Below, piece by piece: positions 1-13,788 of a stretch of 64,000 nucleotides of DNA (position 1 is its first letter; every line of letters starts with the position of its first letter). The stretch covers positions 14,198,001 to 14,262,000 of the forward strand of contig OZ287755.1 of NCBI GenBank assembly GCA_965649765.1, in the 5' to 3' direction. The notes below the pieces were generated by a model. It made no database searches. It saw only the letters and a program-made list of their open reading frames with translations, and was not told the DNA's origin. The translations under genes and the position numbers were made by a program. This DNA is from Bispira polyomma. Lineage: Eukaryota.

Positions 1-200
1 CTCCCCCTTCATAAAAGAACTAGTCACTCAGTAACATATTTTAGGAAGAACTTTTACACTTACCTTAAGTTCCTTTTGTAGGGAAGATATTGCACCTGCA
101 AAGCAGTAGATTTAGATTTGATATTTCACATTACAGTGATGTCGGAAACTTGTGCGACATTAGCTTATTGTCCCTCTGCTCATTGCGGGTGTGACAGTTT

Positions 201-960
201 TTACATGGGGGTCATTTTTACCTGACTGGATTTGCAACCAGTGATGTACCATATGATGTAATATCTGATTCTGAAGAGAGTGGAGTTCCGAGATTCGACC
301 TTGTCAAGACGCTTATTTATGTTGGCGTTGGTGGATGCCAACCTCATAAGGCTACACATTACATTGGAAATATCACCTGTTCCTTGTGCGTCTACTTCCA
401 CTAGATGGCTTTCAAGATTCTGGACGATTGGATCTGCTCTTAAAGTTATCCCTCTCAATGGTCCAGTAGTATCTTTCGAGTTGCCATCTGTTTTTTCGAC
501 TGTGGAGCAGCCTGGAGTTTTCTTGCTTCTACCCATAGTCGTACGTTTGTATTAAAACTGTGTATTAACTTACTTATTAAAAATAAAATAACTTAAATAC
601 TATCACAGTTGAATTCGATTTTTTATTTCTGGGTGTTTACCCTTCAAATGTTGTTCTGAAATGGAGACATACACGCTAATTAAAGGGGACTAATTAATGG
701 TTGGCTAATCAGGTATAGGAGTATAGAAGAAAGAACAAGAAAGGTTTTAACAAGTGTGGTTTTTAAGTGGGTATATGAACTGAGACAGCAGACTCCTGAA
801 TTGGCATGCTGGGCACAGTACCCCAGATCCACTAACCTTGGTGAGACAGGAAACCCAGTAGCAAAGACAGGTAGAACAAGATGGAGAAGTTTATTTATTT
901 ACAACATTTGCAAACCTGTAAACTACAATTGTTACACTGAGAAGGGTTGGAGGGAGTAGA
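201..960 (-). mobile_element. 5' part of a YR (DIRS/Ngaro-like) retrotransposon (element E0): gag N-terminus plus upstream non-coding region
   Basis: ORF 536..201 (MGRSKK...LMRLASTNANINKRLDKVE) resembles the gag of element E3 (MGKTK...LRGLETSNANITRRLQLVE). The outer boundary is approximate and the rest of the element is not seen. Confidence 0.55.
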
Positions 961-1849
961 ACCTGGAGAACAATAAATCAAATGGATAACATTTGCCTCC
1001 TAAAAGTAATTGGTAGCGGTCAAGCACAGATTGCTTTAATAAAGTTATGGTTCTATAACACAGCATACCACCCGACCGTCCCAATTTAAGGATCGGGACC
1101 AGGGGGGGGGGGGGTATAATCAGAAGGATCGGGAGTTGCTCCCGAGTTATCTTTATCTATCATGCCACTTACTCAGGTTTTCAAGTATGTTGGAAAAACC
1201 CCTGCGATTAGGTGACACAAGGTGACCTATGTTTACAATCGTCCCCGCCCTTGACCCAAATCTGGAGCAGTTTCAAAGAAAACTATTCGGAGTGATCGCC
1301 CCATCCCTAACGATAGGTCAGAAAGCTACTGACTTATTAGCCATTGGCCCCAAGTATCCTGTCATTTGCTAACAATAAGTCATTGGAGTATAAAGATACC
1401 TCGGACATGGCTTCCGATAGCTCAGGAACGAACCCCTGAGTGTAAGGATAACTTGAGAACACGGAAGACAAATTGGGCTGACAAAGATAACTCGGGATCG
1501 TATTTTGATTTGCCCGAGTGTCAAATCGGGGGACCAGAAACAAATAAAAGGATGCCGTGACAGTAATTTTTACCTCATTTAATTTTTAGCAGCGAAGAGT
1601 ACACATCAGCAACTGGCAATTCAACTGGCAATTTTCATTGGATACGTATTATAAGTTTAGATTTTTGCTTTTTTGTTGTGAGTTAGAAGTTTAGAATTTT
1701 TAATATTGTACAACGTACATTTGTTTTATTAAATATTCCATCCAAGAATAGGGGAAGGAAGAGAAAAACACTGACTTATGATGACATGTCCTGTCCTGTC
1801 AAGGAAGCAAAGGTGGGGAGGGGAGGGGGGCAGAATAAGAGAATAAGAT

Positions 1850-2160
1850 AGTGCCACTGACCAACGAACAAGAGGAGGCTGTCATTGACTTCCTCAAGGA
1901 CCACGAGTGGCTATAAAACAAACGCCACACTGACTACAAGGACAACCAGAAGAAGAGTGTCACCTAGGAGGAGTTCTGCGGAGTCAGGGGGCTGGGGAAG
2001 TCAAGAAGTGGTTCTAGTCCCAGTGCACCATCTACAAAAAGCTAAGTGTGCCAAAGTCAGGTCAAGCCCCCCCCCCCTTCCCCCCCCTCCCGGGTTGACG
2101 GAGACGGACAGCCAGAGCTGAGTGAAGGACAACTTCAAGTTCCATCATCTGCCAAGTGAA
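1850..2160 (+). pseudogene. Harbinger-associated Myb/SANT (MADF-like) DNA-binding protein remnant
   Basis: Manual translation LTNEQEEAVIDFLKDHEWL*NKRHTDYKDNQKK..*EEF matches the MADF pattern 'E..LI..VK....LY.K....YKD...K...W'. Contains stops. Confidence 0.6.
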
Positions 2161-2589
2161 CAGGACGACTGGCTTCATGCCCATATCACCTGCGTCTGCT
2201 TCTGCTGGTCGTAGGTCTCAGCCACCCAAAAGTTTCAAAAACATTATTAGAGCTGTTTCTTAAATGAAAAAAAAAACAACCCTCACTACAAGAAGCATAC
2301 TGGCCACACAAAAAATTTATCACATATTCACACATAACAAAAACAATACTTGGCCCCTCCCCACAAAAATAAAAATACACTGTTGTATTTTCAACTTGTG
2401 AAAGCCCACCCCAATATATAAGTAGTAAGTAATTTTCTCCCTTAAATAATACTTTGATAAGTAGTTGCCCCTCCCTTAAATGGGGATGGGATGGGGGGGC
2501 CTAAAAGGGCTTATGGCTTCAGGAGGGAGGAAGTTGACTGATATTCTATCCTCTGTTTTAGTTCAGATTGATTGAAGGTCTGTGCATAT

Positions 2590-2790
2590 GAGCTGGGCAC
2601 ATTCCATCTGCCTGTATTGAGCCTCCACCTTCTTCTAGCACTGTGGAATTTTCGGCAAAGACAAGAATTACCCCTGGTATTCATCAATGATTGCCTGACA
2701 CACCTGGGGGACCAACCTGGTTATGGTGGACCTCCCCACTGCAAAGGAGTAGGTGTAGTGAACTGTAGGTCTCCCTAGTGGCCACAGTGG
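2590..2790 (-). pseudogene. Harbinger (HARBI1-like) transposase fragment
   Basis: YSFAVGRSTITRLVPQVCQAIIDEY followed, in another frame, by RWNVP. This is the typical HTH-to-DDE junction of Harbinger transposases. Confidence 0.7.
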
Positions 2791-3499
2791 CTGCTTAAAC
2801 CAGGTGGCCTGCTTCTCGATCTGGCTCTTCCTCATGTGATGACTTTTCCTTGACCTGTATCCTGTGTCTGTTTCTCTTCTTAACATGTCTATCACTTGAA
2901 GGCTTATTAAAGCCACTAAAACTTGAAGTACCCTCATAATCTCAATTACTCTTTGTAGAACCATATTGACAATTAAATCTGTCTGGATTTGAGTAATCAG
3001 CATTTGTCCAGGATTTGTCGGAGTAATTGGCAGGCCTCTCGAGTTATCGTGAACCACGCTGAGTGAATTGGGCTGCCTTCCCCAATTTATCTTAACGATC
3101 GTAAGTAGTATTACCCGGGAGGTCAGGGCAGCCATTTGATTATAATCGTGTGACTAAAATGCTGCTGAGTGCCCCCAATAGCATTATCAGGAGGTTAGCC
3201 CTGATCTAAATGGAACAGCCCCATAAGGCTTTAGTAACGTAACACAAAAAACGATCGCCACTAAACCATGTTAAAGCCTGGACACACCTACACGTGCTGG
3301 AGCTACATGTATGTGATGTTTTAAACTGTTTTGAACATAGTAAAAGGTAATGTCAAAAACGTCTCTCTTTGGTCGGCCGCACAATTGTTACAAACTGTTT
3401 GAAATACTAAATCGAGTAGCTATTAAACCTTCATTTATAATCCAAACTATTTGTATTTCCCAGAAGAGTTTCAACATTCCTTCAAACATTATAAGTAGG

Positions 3500-4930
3500 T
3501 CATACTTGCCATGATTAAAACAGTTAAAGGATACCAATTTCTACACTAAACTAAAAGAGGACCCTACAATAAAGATCTCAGACAAAATCTGTAAAGTTCT
3601 AACAAAAATGAGGAACCTAAAAATGATTGCAAAAAATAATTTAGAGTTCCTTAATATAAGTAACCGCAAAGAAGGACGATTTTACTTATTACCTAAAATG
3701 CACAAAAAATTAGTCCCAGGCAGACCCATATGTAGCTTAATAGAACACCCCACCTGTAACATCAGCAAATTGTTGATGCACACATCAAAGATTATGTACC
3801 CCCAAAAAGTGATATTTTAGAGATACACAGCATTTTATAAGTATGTTATCACTCTACACTAACATACCCAACCATGAAGGCATTTTAGCTGCAGCATCCT
3901 ACCTCAGAAGGGATAGGACCAAAGATCCTATTACACCTTACATACTAGAGCTACTTAAACTACTGCTGCATAGCATGAACTTCAAATTTAATGAGGATCA
4001 TTACCTACAAATAAGAAGGACTGCCATGCTTACAACACTTGCACCTAATTATGCAAACTTATTTATGGATAGGTTTGAAACTGAGGCTCTTGAAAATTGG
4101 CAAATAAAACCACTTATCTGGTTCTGATTCATTGATAACATCTTCATGATCTAGACACATGGGCAGAGTGAATTACAAAAATGTATTCACTACCTCAACA
4201 ACATTCAAGACAAAATTAAATTTACAAGTGAATGTATTACTGAATCCATCAACTTTCTAGACACAACAGTCAAAATAAATAATGACAGATCATTATGCAC
4301 CACACTGTATGAAAAACCTACTGACACACATCTGTACTTACACCATGAGTCTGGACATAATAAACCCTGCCACACCAAGAGCCAACTAGGACAGCTCTTG
4401 AGACTAAGAAGAATCAACCCAAGGAATCCTAATATCTGCAATTTTGTACACAAAAGTTGGAATATTATTGAACACATCCTAGATCGTGCAGATACTTTCG
4501 AAAACAAACCCATTATTGGTTACAGGAGATTACTAAATTTAAGGGAAATGGTGACCAATTCTTTGGTAACATATCCCCCTGAAGCTAAACAAACACGGCC
4601 CATTATGCCTAAACAATGCACCAGACTAGGCAAGTGCACCTACTACCGGCTAATTAAGAAAATTAGTGAGATCCAGTGCAATGTGACACATAAATGCATA
4701 AAACTATTGACCTCCCAAAACACATTACATGTGAATTAAGTGATATTATTTACTAAATCAGATGTACAAAATGCAATAAATACTATGTACAAGAGACAGG
4801 TAGGGCGTTGAGGAAAATCACATAAGAACATAGACTCACAGTGCTCAAACCAAGAGATGACAGAGTGACCCCAGTAAATGTGGAATATAGGAGCTATCAG
4901 TCTCATTGGCATTAATCAATTTATTTAATT
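3500..4930 (+). mobile_element. Degenerate Penelope-like retroelement (RT + GIY-YIG endonuclease)
   Basis: Motifs FYLLPKMHK..VPGRPICS, SLYTNIPN, NFKFNEDHYLQ..TAM...APNYANLFM, FIDNIF, INFLDT, YEKPTDTHLYL. Then C..C..YYV.ETGR (GIY-YIG, ~4760-4810) and a GINQF end. Multiple stops and frameshifts. Confidence 0.8.
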
Positions 4931-5922
4931 CAAGCTAATTATTCTGGGCTATCCACACTCAGCCCATACTCATTTTTATAACTTAGAAGGCAACAAGTTT
5001 TTTTGAAACTGTCTAAATTAGCTGTATTTTCTGGTGGCTAAAATGTGGATAGGATTTTTTTAGCGGCACCACCTTTGTGTTCACTGGAGTAAATATATAG
5101 TGTGTGCGAAATTTTCCATGATTCCGGGTACCTGGGTAACAATCGATGAAGGCAAGAACCACTCCTTTAGCAATACAGCAAGATATTAAGATCCCTTATA
5201 CAATCCTATTTAACTGAACTCATGAACCTTTTCTCCTATAGGAGACTATTATTTTGCATATCGACTGGGATGCACCATATAGGATGCCTGGTTATCGATT
5301 GTGGTGCTATGGAAGTAAAAAAAACAACAACATATTAACAGTGTCCTTAATTATGACCACACATACTTACATATTGACTTAATACAAGCTTATAATATAA
5401 ATAGTTCACGGAACTTTAGTGACACTAAGTGCAAACATCAATAATTTAGTAGTTTATTTTCGGTTAAAAATGATTATATTTATCCATTGCCTCTAATAGT
5501 TCTTCTTTATAAATAATTGCACTCTCAATTGGTAACCATCATGACCAGAAAAGGCAAATGCTATTTTATATCAATTATTTACTTGTATAACCATCATTCA
5601 CTGCCTTTAGATTTTTCATTTGAAGCTACTCTGTCAAGTGACATTTTTACTCAGAATTTATTTTAGCGCTATATTTTTTAAAGAAACTAAAACACTACAT
5701 CGGTGATAACTAGAATCCATCATGGAGTTGGTCTGGTGACCAGACATGTCTCTACTTTGACTGGTAATGCCATAATGCCATAGTTACCGGGAATTGCCCA
5801 CTGATGACAACTAATGGTATGGACTATGCCTTCTCGAAGATCAAGTGGTCTCAAAGGCTGAAATGTCAATAGTTGAATTCTACTAATTTTTCTTATTTTT
5901 TGTTGACATGTGACCGCATCAT

Positions 5923-6150
5923 TGGCCATAATCACGAAAAGGTATTTCTCTTAACATAGTCTTAAGCTTAACATTTATGTCTAACAACCTTAAGGAGTGC
6001 CCACCGTTAGTCTTAGTGTTAAGTTCAAAGTTGACACTAAGCAAATATAGTTTCTTACAGCAATTTAGACTAAGACCAAAATATTGCTCTTTTGGCCAAA
6101 ATCAAAGATTAATACTAAGTTAAGACTGGGACATTTTGTGAATATCTGAT
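5923..6150. mobile_element. MITE-like insertion with imperfect TIRs
   Basis: Left end ataatcacgaaaaggtatttctcttaac vs reverse complement of the right end atattcacaaaatgtcccagtcttaac. Absent from the paralogous sites at ~22970, ~35020 and ~54940. Confidence 0.5.
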
Positions 6151-8388
6151 CTGATGTGACACATGGAAGTGCCTACACTGTAGGTGTTGGGATACAAAAA
6201 TATCCTAGACTCATTATATGTCTCAGGTCACATTGGCGTCAAGGACTTCTTATTTTTGGCATGACATATTTACTTTGAACAATATAAAGCTGCAGATAAG
6301 GTCATGGGGTTGTGGGGTTATAAATAAATCAGGAAGAATTTGCACCAACAGGGTTTTCTACGAAACCAATGTCTTGAATAATTGCCTGCAATTGATGTTT
6401 TAAGCTAAAGCTGAAGTTTTGACTTATGATGTGGTTATCAATAATTCCGACAGAAGCGGTACCAAAAGGACAATGCAATGAATAATTGCCAACAATTGTC
6501 ATTTCTGAGAAAAAAAAATTCAGAGAAAACAACAATTGATCATAATAAATAAGGAAATTGAAAAAAAAAATATATGTGCAAACACACAGATGAAGTCAGA
6601 TTTGCTTGGCATTTGTGTGCAGTCTAGTGGTATGTATATATACATAAACACAGAGTGAAGTTAAGATCTATTTCCAAACAAAGGCTGTCTATTGCGTGTG
6701 TCTGTTATTTTTTGAAAGAAACATTGCATTATACATTAATCTAGGATGCAGTTATTTGTGTGCAATGTTTACCATCTAAATGGTGGATACTACAGGGAAT
6801 CCGTTCAATGGTAGATCCTTAATGTATCGATCAATTTCGTTGGTTATTTGTAATGTCCAAACATTTATGGCCACTAAGAAGGTTTAAAGCATTATATGCA
6901 GTATTCCAAATGAATTGGCCCTCAATTGTATGGTAATGCATACACCTCTCACCTCTGCTGTTTACAGTAGAGTTGTGGAAGGCTGGTGGTTTGTAGAATG
7001 AAAAACTTTCACCAACTACCAACTGTTCTGAATTTCCTCCCAACAGTGAATATCCTCTCCTGATATTGACACAAGCATGTAGAATATGATGGTAACCACA
7101 AAATCAATGAGAGAATGTTCTGTGAGAAACCCCAAAATCTTGACAGACTATGCCGTTTGGAATTCCTACACCAGTAATTTACCCCTTGTGATATATGACC
7201 CCAGACATGTTGAAAGCAACATCAAGCTTAAACTAAAAATGTTCTACATATCTCTGTTTTGTGTCAGCTGAGGTGTACCTACCCTTAGAATCAGTTACCG
7301 GAACATTTCATGGAACATTTGTCGATGACACATCAGCTTCTGCTCAACCAGGTATCCATGGTAATGGATTGGGTGTGTCCAAAACTCCAAAACAAAGGTA
7401 ACCATTGGCAACCAGAGGGGTGGTTGCTTTTGGTTACCGGAACTGTGTCCTGAATGAATGACATTTGCAGTGTGGATTAAGCTAGGTGAGGTGCTAATAT
7501 GTGAAATGAACTTTAAAAACACCTAAAAATTGAGTGTTCAACTTTCTCACTGAAGCAGTGTGGATATTAACCGTATTTAAAATATATTTATGTCAACTTG
7601 CCCTACTAGTTAATTTTGTGAAATCTTGATAAAACATATACATCCGCCACAGTGCCAAAAAGTGAAAAAAAGCCTATACACTCAGATCCTCTTCTCTGGC
7701 TCATACTTTATGTTAGTCAGTTTAGTAACTTTTATGTACTCCTGGTGACACACAAACTAACCATCGGAGGCAGGCAAGAACATAATCTCCATGGCAAGAA
7801 AATAACCACAATATTATAGAGCACTTAATAGAAAATAATACCTCTAACAATATTCATATAGAGCAATAGATTTCTCAAATAAACCAGTGCTAGCAATGTG
7901 CATATCAATAGCTTTGCATTTTTCTTTGGTTTAGGCATTAATTCAGTCACATGACTGTTAAAATTGATCTCTGATTTATGAAGAAATATGGCTACTTTTA
8001 AAAAGAAAAAATTACAACATACATTGGCATAGTTTCAAAATACATTCAAATTACAATGAAAAGAAACCTGTTAATATATGACAGTTTCGACATAAAGTAA
8101 CTCCAACAGTTCAACCTCTAATGACGGGGATAAACAACTCACCCTAGACTTGATAAACACTTATATTTACATTTTGGAAAGAAATAGCATTTGAGAGGTA
8201 CATTGAATTAAATGAAGTGTGGCATTGTAGACTTTGGAAGAAGCAACAACTATCTTATTTTTCTACCGTTGACTTCAAAAGTAAAAAAAATGTGTAACTT
8301 AACCTACAAGTAAACATACAGGTATGATAATAAACTGATACTGGTTGGCTGTGGCAGTCAAACAAAGGTTAATTATACCAGATAGAGG

Positions 8389-9153
8389 TAGGAATTTAAA
8401 TATGATACAACAATACACTGTAATACCCAGTTTTGCTTTCTTCCCTGAATAAAGTCCACATCATGATACAATGTTGGTATCATTGTTGATACAAAGTTGC
8501 CTAGGTACAACTTCGGTGATTTTTGACATCACATTCGACCATTAAACGGTGAGTGCAAATTGTCCCTTTAGATTACTTAGATCGCCGAGCAGTCGCTAGC
8601 AAATGCCGTGGAAGTGGGACAAGTAAAGCACAACCATTAATCTTAGGAATTTAAATACGATACAACAATACACTGTAATACCCAGTTTTGCTTTCTTCCC
8701 TGAATAAAGTCCACATCATGATACAATGTTGGTATCATTGTTGATACAAAGTTGCCTAGGTACAACTTCGGTGATTTTTGACATCACATTCGACCATTAA
8801 ACGGTGAGTGCAAATTGTCCCTTTAGATTACTTAGATCGCCGAGCAGTCGCTAGCAAATGCCGTGGAAGTGGGACAAGTAAAGCACAACCATTAATCTTA
8901 GGAATTTAAATACGATACAACAATACACTGTAATACCCAGTTTTGCTTTCTTCCCTGAATAAAGTCCACATCATGATACAATGTTGGTATCATTGTTGAT
9001 ACAAAGTTGCCTAGGTACAACTTCGGTGATTTTTGACATCACATTCGACCATTAAACGGTGAGTGCAAATTGTCCCTTTAGATTACTTAGATCGCCGAGC
9101 AGTCGCTAGCAAATGCCGTGGAAGTGGGACAAGTAAAGCACAACCATTAATCT
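8389..9153. repeat. Three near-identical tandem copies of a 255-bp intronic segment
   Basis: The unit starts taggaatttaaata at 8389, 8644 and 8899. It is single copy in units 2 (~25048) and 3 (~37516). Confidence 0.95.
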
Positions 9154-10183
9154 TAAATCTATATCCCCAACAAAAATCTGTACTGGTTTCCGGCACCAGT
9201 AAACTGCAACAGTGAAGTTCAGCTTATAATATAATATAAAGCTGTTAAGCCAAAGGTAAACTCTAGCTAAAACTAAACAATCCATATCACTGCAAGCCAC
9301 AGCATTTTGGTTGTATTTTCACCTTTTTATTTGGAAGTAAAAGGGGTTTCATACACAAAGGTGTTATATTGATTTTAGGTACCAGCGATGAAAGTATTCA
9401 ATACTTTATCTCCAATGGTGGACAAACACCACTGTTATATGGTATAGCCCTATTAATGAAGACTACCGGACTCCTGGTCTCAGTGAGAACTACAATCAAC
9501 TCGGTTGTTGTAGTTGATGATCCAGAAACGACCTACGAATCCAAAGTGGTAAGTACAAAATAATATTGAGTAATATATGCATTTAAATTTGTAAACACAG
9601 TCAAACCTGTACTAGTGACCATTCCCAAAAAAAGCCACTCCACTTTGAATCCTCCCATGAAGTTTGTTATGCAAATAGGCTGTATAGAAAGACGACTCCT
9701 AAGGTGTGACCAGATATCACCTAAATTATTCGCAACAGCAATATTTGACCAGAAAAGAAGAGGTCACTTCAAAGACATATCACAAGTTTATAGCCTTAAA
9801 ACATTATCTATAATTTATATTTTTCTAATTTTCTCATAGTACTAAGCCCCCAGGTTTTCACCTACAAAAGATGCTGGTAAAAAATAACAATCTGGTAACA
9901 ACTGACCTAAAGATAAGTCATATTTCACACTTTACTGTAAACTTAATTAGTAAGATTGTTTACTGAGCTACAGCCAATCGAATGCGTCCATGGTCGGGAG
10001 TTTCCCACCTTTCCTGTAAATTTGTCATTAATTAATAGGAAACCAAGGTGGAAACAAGTCAAAAATTCTTTATGTTTTTAGGTATTTTAATCTCAATATT
10101 TTAACCGTATGGTTTTGGGGAGAAGTGATTTGCATCATATGTGCGAAAGTTTATACAAAAAAAGTGTGATAAAATTAGTAGTT

Positions 10184-11284
10184 ATGGGACGAGGGAAATA
10201 ACGCCAGCAAACCATGATGGAAACGATGGTTCGCACTGTAGCAAGGTTAAAGAAAGATATGTCTGAGATGAAGAAAAGAAACAGACAGCCAGATACTCGT
10301 ACGCAACACGACACGGGTGAGGGATCTTCTGACCAACAGGACGAAACCAACGACACTCAAGGTAGTAACCCTTTATTAGACTACAATTCACGTCAAACAC
10401 CAGCACAGCCGAAACATGCTCGGCACGCGAACCCTCTCCCCACCTCGTGGAACCAAGATGACTGGAACCAAAGGGCTGATCCATACGGAGCACCACAACA
10501 TGTTGACGACTTTTGGTCGACACAAATTCACCAGAGCAGTGCTTCACGTTGAACACACCCTGCTCCTACTCAACAGTGGTCCAATGATTTGACATGGGAC
10601 ATTCACCCCACACCAGAGGTATTACAACACTCTGCACTAGTCCAGAACGAGGTCAAATTCAGATTGAAACAGTATGAGTCCATGGCAGCAGAGGACATAA
10701 TACAGGGTAAGCTTCATCACAAAAAGCGTTGGGGCGTTTCAACACCTCAGACATGTCTACTAGGGACCCAAACAAAAGCTGTTTAGCTGGTGCCCATAAA
10801 AAACGCCCATCTTATGACAACCTATCAGCAACACAATTTGCATCGGGGCAGATACAGAATATTTTAGAAGTTAAAAACAGTAACGTTGCTAGAGCTATGC
10901 TGAAGCAGTTATCAGACACACTTCGGGATGCTGGCAATATCTCAGGGCTAGTCGCTCGCGCTGCATACGCCAGCAATATGCACGATGTGGAGGAGGGCAG
11001 TCTAGGGTGGGGAGACAAAAACAAATGGAGCCTTAACAGGCTCTCCTACTCGCAAGCGTCCATCTCAACCTCAGCTACTATTACTGTTACAAAATCTCGA
11101 ATGCCATGTCGCCATTATCAAAAGGGGCAATGCTCACAAGAGGGTGACCATGAAAATTCAACTACAATCTTCAAGCACATCTGTGCAAATTGCAATCGTT
11201 TCAACAAAAAGGAAAACACATCCTAAAACCAAATGTTTCAAGTTGCATGGGAAAACGCCGACAGTAGGAACGACCCAACAATAG
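10184..11284 (+). pseudogene. E1 gag (disrupted)
   Basis: MGRGK start. RPSYDNLSATQFASGQ and ARAAYASNMHDVEEGSLGW are shared with the E2/E3 gags. C-terminal CRHYQKGQC..GDH..HICANC..HPKTKC zinc finger. Contains stops and frameshifts. Confidence 0.8.
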
Positions 11285-11447
11285 GACAGTCGACTGCACG
11301 CAGAACCAACTAGTACCAAGGTATCTAAATTCGAACATGAAGTTCATAATAAAAGTCTGGTTAATACAAATAGGGTTAATGATAAAGACAGAAATTTAGG
11401 CAATGACATTCAAAATTATATAGGAACTGATAAGCAATTGTGTAATG

Positions 11448-11665
11448 ATATTAATACTAGCAAGTTTGACTCATTGCAAATGAGTTTCAATGTAAAAAAT
11501 GCTTCAGCTGGTGAACTACCAGAAGAAGAGACTTGGAACTGTGAAACTGTTGATATATTAATACTAGCAAGTTTGACTCATTGCAAATGAGTTTCAATGT
11601 AAAAAATGCTTCAGCTGGTGAACTACCAGAAGAAGAGACTTGGAACTGTGAAACTGTTGATATAT
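11448..11665. repeat. 107-bp tandem duplication inside the E1 pol 5' region
   Basis: ttaatactagcaagtttgactc... starts at 11451 and again at 11558. It causes a frameshift. Confidence 0.9.
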
Positions 11666-13532
11666 ATACAAGTAGTGCAATTAGTTATGATGGTTATCAA
11701 TTGTATTATTTAAGATTTAAGAATAGTGATTTAATGGATGGTGTGTATAAAATGTTTTGTAATAATGTATTTCAGATATATTGTGATAAAACAGAATATT
11801 CAGTGACAAATATATGGCCACTGAATTTCTATGTACAAACAACAGTACAAGTACAAGCAGTTGCACAAACTTTTCCAAACACACATTCACACAAAAACAA
11901 AACAGAACACATTAGTCACACTACGACAAAACTGGAAACACACAATACTACATAGACATCATAGATAAGATATGTCAAAACATAGACAAGGACATAGACA
12001 ATACAGATACAGCCACAAGTCACAGCACAATTAGGAATGATAGTCAACAGACTTATTTGAGCTGTTTTCCTACATCACAACACGAAGAATCCACATCTCA
12101 TACAAAGAGTTCTATGATAATGACTTATGACAATACTGACTGTGTAGTATCCAATTTATCTCAACATACAAGAGATGACAGTGAGGACGTATCCAGTAGT
12201 GACACAATCAGAGACTGTGATGACAGAGATTATGGTTTTATCTCAAATAAGAGTTTGTCTTTTAGTTTCACAGGCCCAAGTAGGAAACCTGTGGACATAG
12301 GGGATTTTAGTACAGCTGATTGCATAAAACTGACAGGTCAGCCAAATTATCTAAAGGCCAGGATTCCTTTGGTTTCTGGCTTGAACATAGACATGTGAAA
12401 ATACTACTTAAGTGACTACCATGATAAACTCCTACTCCAGTACTTAAAGTACGGGTTTCCCATAGGTTCAAATGAGAGAGATAGATTAAATAACACACAG
12501 ATAAAAAACCATTTCTCAGCGTTAAGGTTTCCCACAGACATTGACAAATACTTTGACAAAGAAGTGGGGAAGGGCACAATAATAGGCCCAGTTTCTGACC
12601 TTAAGGGTACTGAAGTACATTGTTCACCAATGTTAACTAGACCGAAATATGACGGAAATAGGCGATTAATTTTAAACCTTTCATACCCCAATGGGGCCTC
12701 GGTAAACGATTGCACAATTAAAGATACATATGACAGCACAGAGTTTGTTCTAAAGCTTCCTACTATTGATCAAATTGTTGATCATATTAAAACAATAGGC
12801 CCGAGTGCAAGAATTGCGAAAGTGGACATAGCACATGCATTTAGGAACGTACACATAGACCCTACGATTGCCTCAAACTGGAAAAATCAGTATTATATTA
12901 ATTTAACCCTAGCGTTCGGCTTAACACAGGGAACTAGTATCTTTATGAGAACATCTGACGCAGTAACGTACATAATGAAAAAAAACAAAAAAACTTAGGT
13001 CTTTAACTACATAGACAATTTTAGATTATAGAAACTGAAGATAGGGCTACCTTAGCATATAATTTCCTTCAAGAATTGATGCATCAGCTAGGTCTTCCAA
13101 TAAACAAAAATAAACTTGTTGCACCAAGTACTAGAGTGACATGTATGGGCATCACGATAGATGTGTGTCAAAAAACCCTCAGTATAGACCAGGATAAACT
13201 CAATTCGATTTATGAATCAGTTATAGAATTCGAGAATTTAGAAAAAGTTAAAAAAAGCAAATACCAATCTCTACTCAGGAAATTATTATACATAAATAGA
13301 TGCATTAAACCAGCTAGGATTTTTATGGAATGCCACAAGTTTAAAGACAATTGAGTTAAAAAAATTCAAACGAGATTTGAATTGGTTTAAAAGGTTGTTA
13401 AAACAATTCAATGGAACTAAGAAATATGATAATGACACGGTTAATCATTTTGTCCCCATGCAAGTGGATGCTTGCTTGCAGGGCATAAGCGGTGTATCAG
13501 GAAGCCATGTATTTACAGCATTGCTTCCCCCT

Positions 13533-13788
13533 GAGGCCTCGGTGGCCTAGTGCTTAGCAAGCATTGCGCTTCACAATCACTGGTCTCTCACCTCTGGGCG
13601 GCGTGAGTTCGAATCCCGTCGTTGCCTATGTGGGAAAGGTGGTAGTTCCTTACTCTGGGCCGCTGGTTTCTCTGCAGAACCTTGACAGACTGTATGCAGT
13701 GTTTCCTCCAGCATTTCCAGCTACCCGTCCCAATATAACCTACTAAAAGGTACTAGAGTGGACATTAAATATCCATATTCAAATTCAA
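13533..13788 (+). mobile_element. tRNA-derived SINE inserted in E1 RNase H
   Basis: A box ggtggcctagtg, B box gagttcgaatccc, (attcaa)n tail. TSD attgcttccccct at 13520-13532 and 13789-13801. Confidence 0.9.

Larger units (their letters stand above)
1048..3223. mobile_element. Degenerate PIF/Harbinger DNA transposon with two convergent ORF remnants
   Basis: Contains a Myb/SANT(MADF)-like remnant on + and a HARBI1-like transposase remnant on -. Has subterminal inverted motifs cccgagttatcttt (1141) / aaagataactcggg (~1483). Termini are degenerate, so boundaries are approximate. Confidence 0.65.

Noticed and set aside
5801-5830. Hammerhead ribozyme near the Penelope remnant (CTGATGA cores at 5801, 22835, 34140)
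   Set aside because: No stem II + GAAA or flanking helices could be built.
8389-9153. CRISPR array
   Set aside because: Contiguous 255-bp repeats with no unique spacers, no cas genes, and a eukaryotic context.
13535-13622. tRNA gene
   Set aside because: A and B boxes are present, but the sequence continues into a SINE body with TSDs and has no canonical cloverleaf.
13564-13746. Recurrent ~60-aa ORF MRFTITGLSPLGGVSSNP (also 29128, 38310, 56765)
   Set aside because: It is the SINE body read from a TTG/GTG start. It has pol III boxes, a tail and TSDs, so it is not a protein family.
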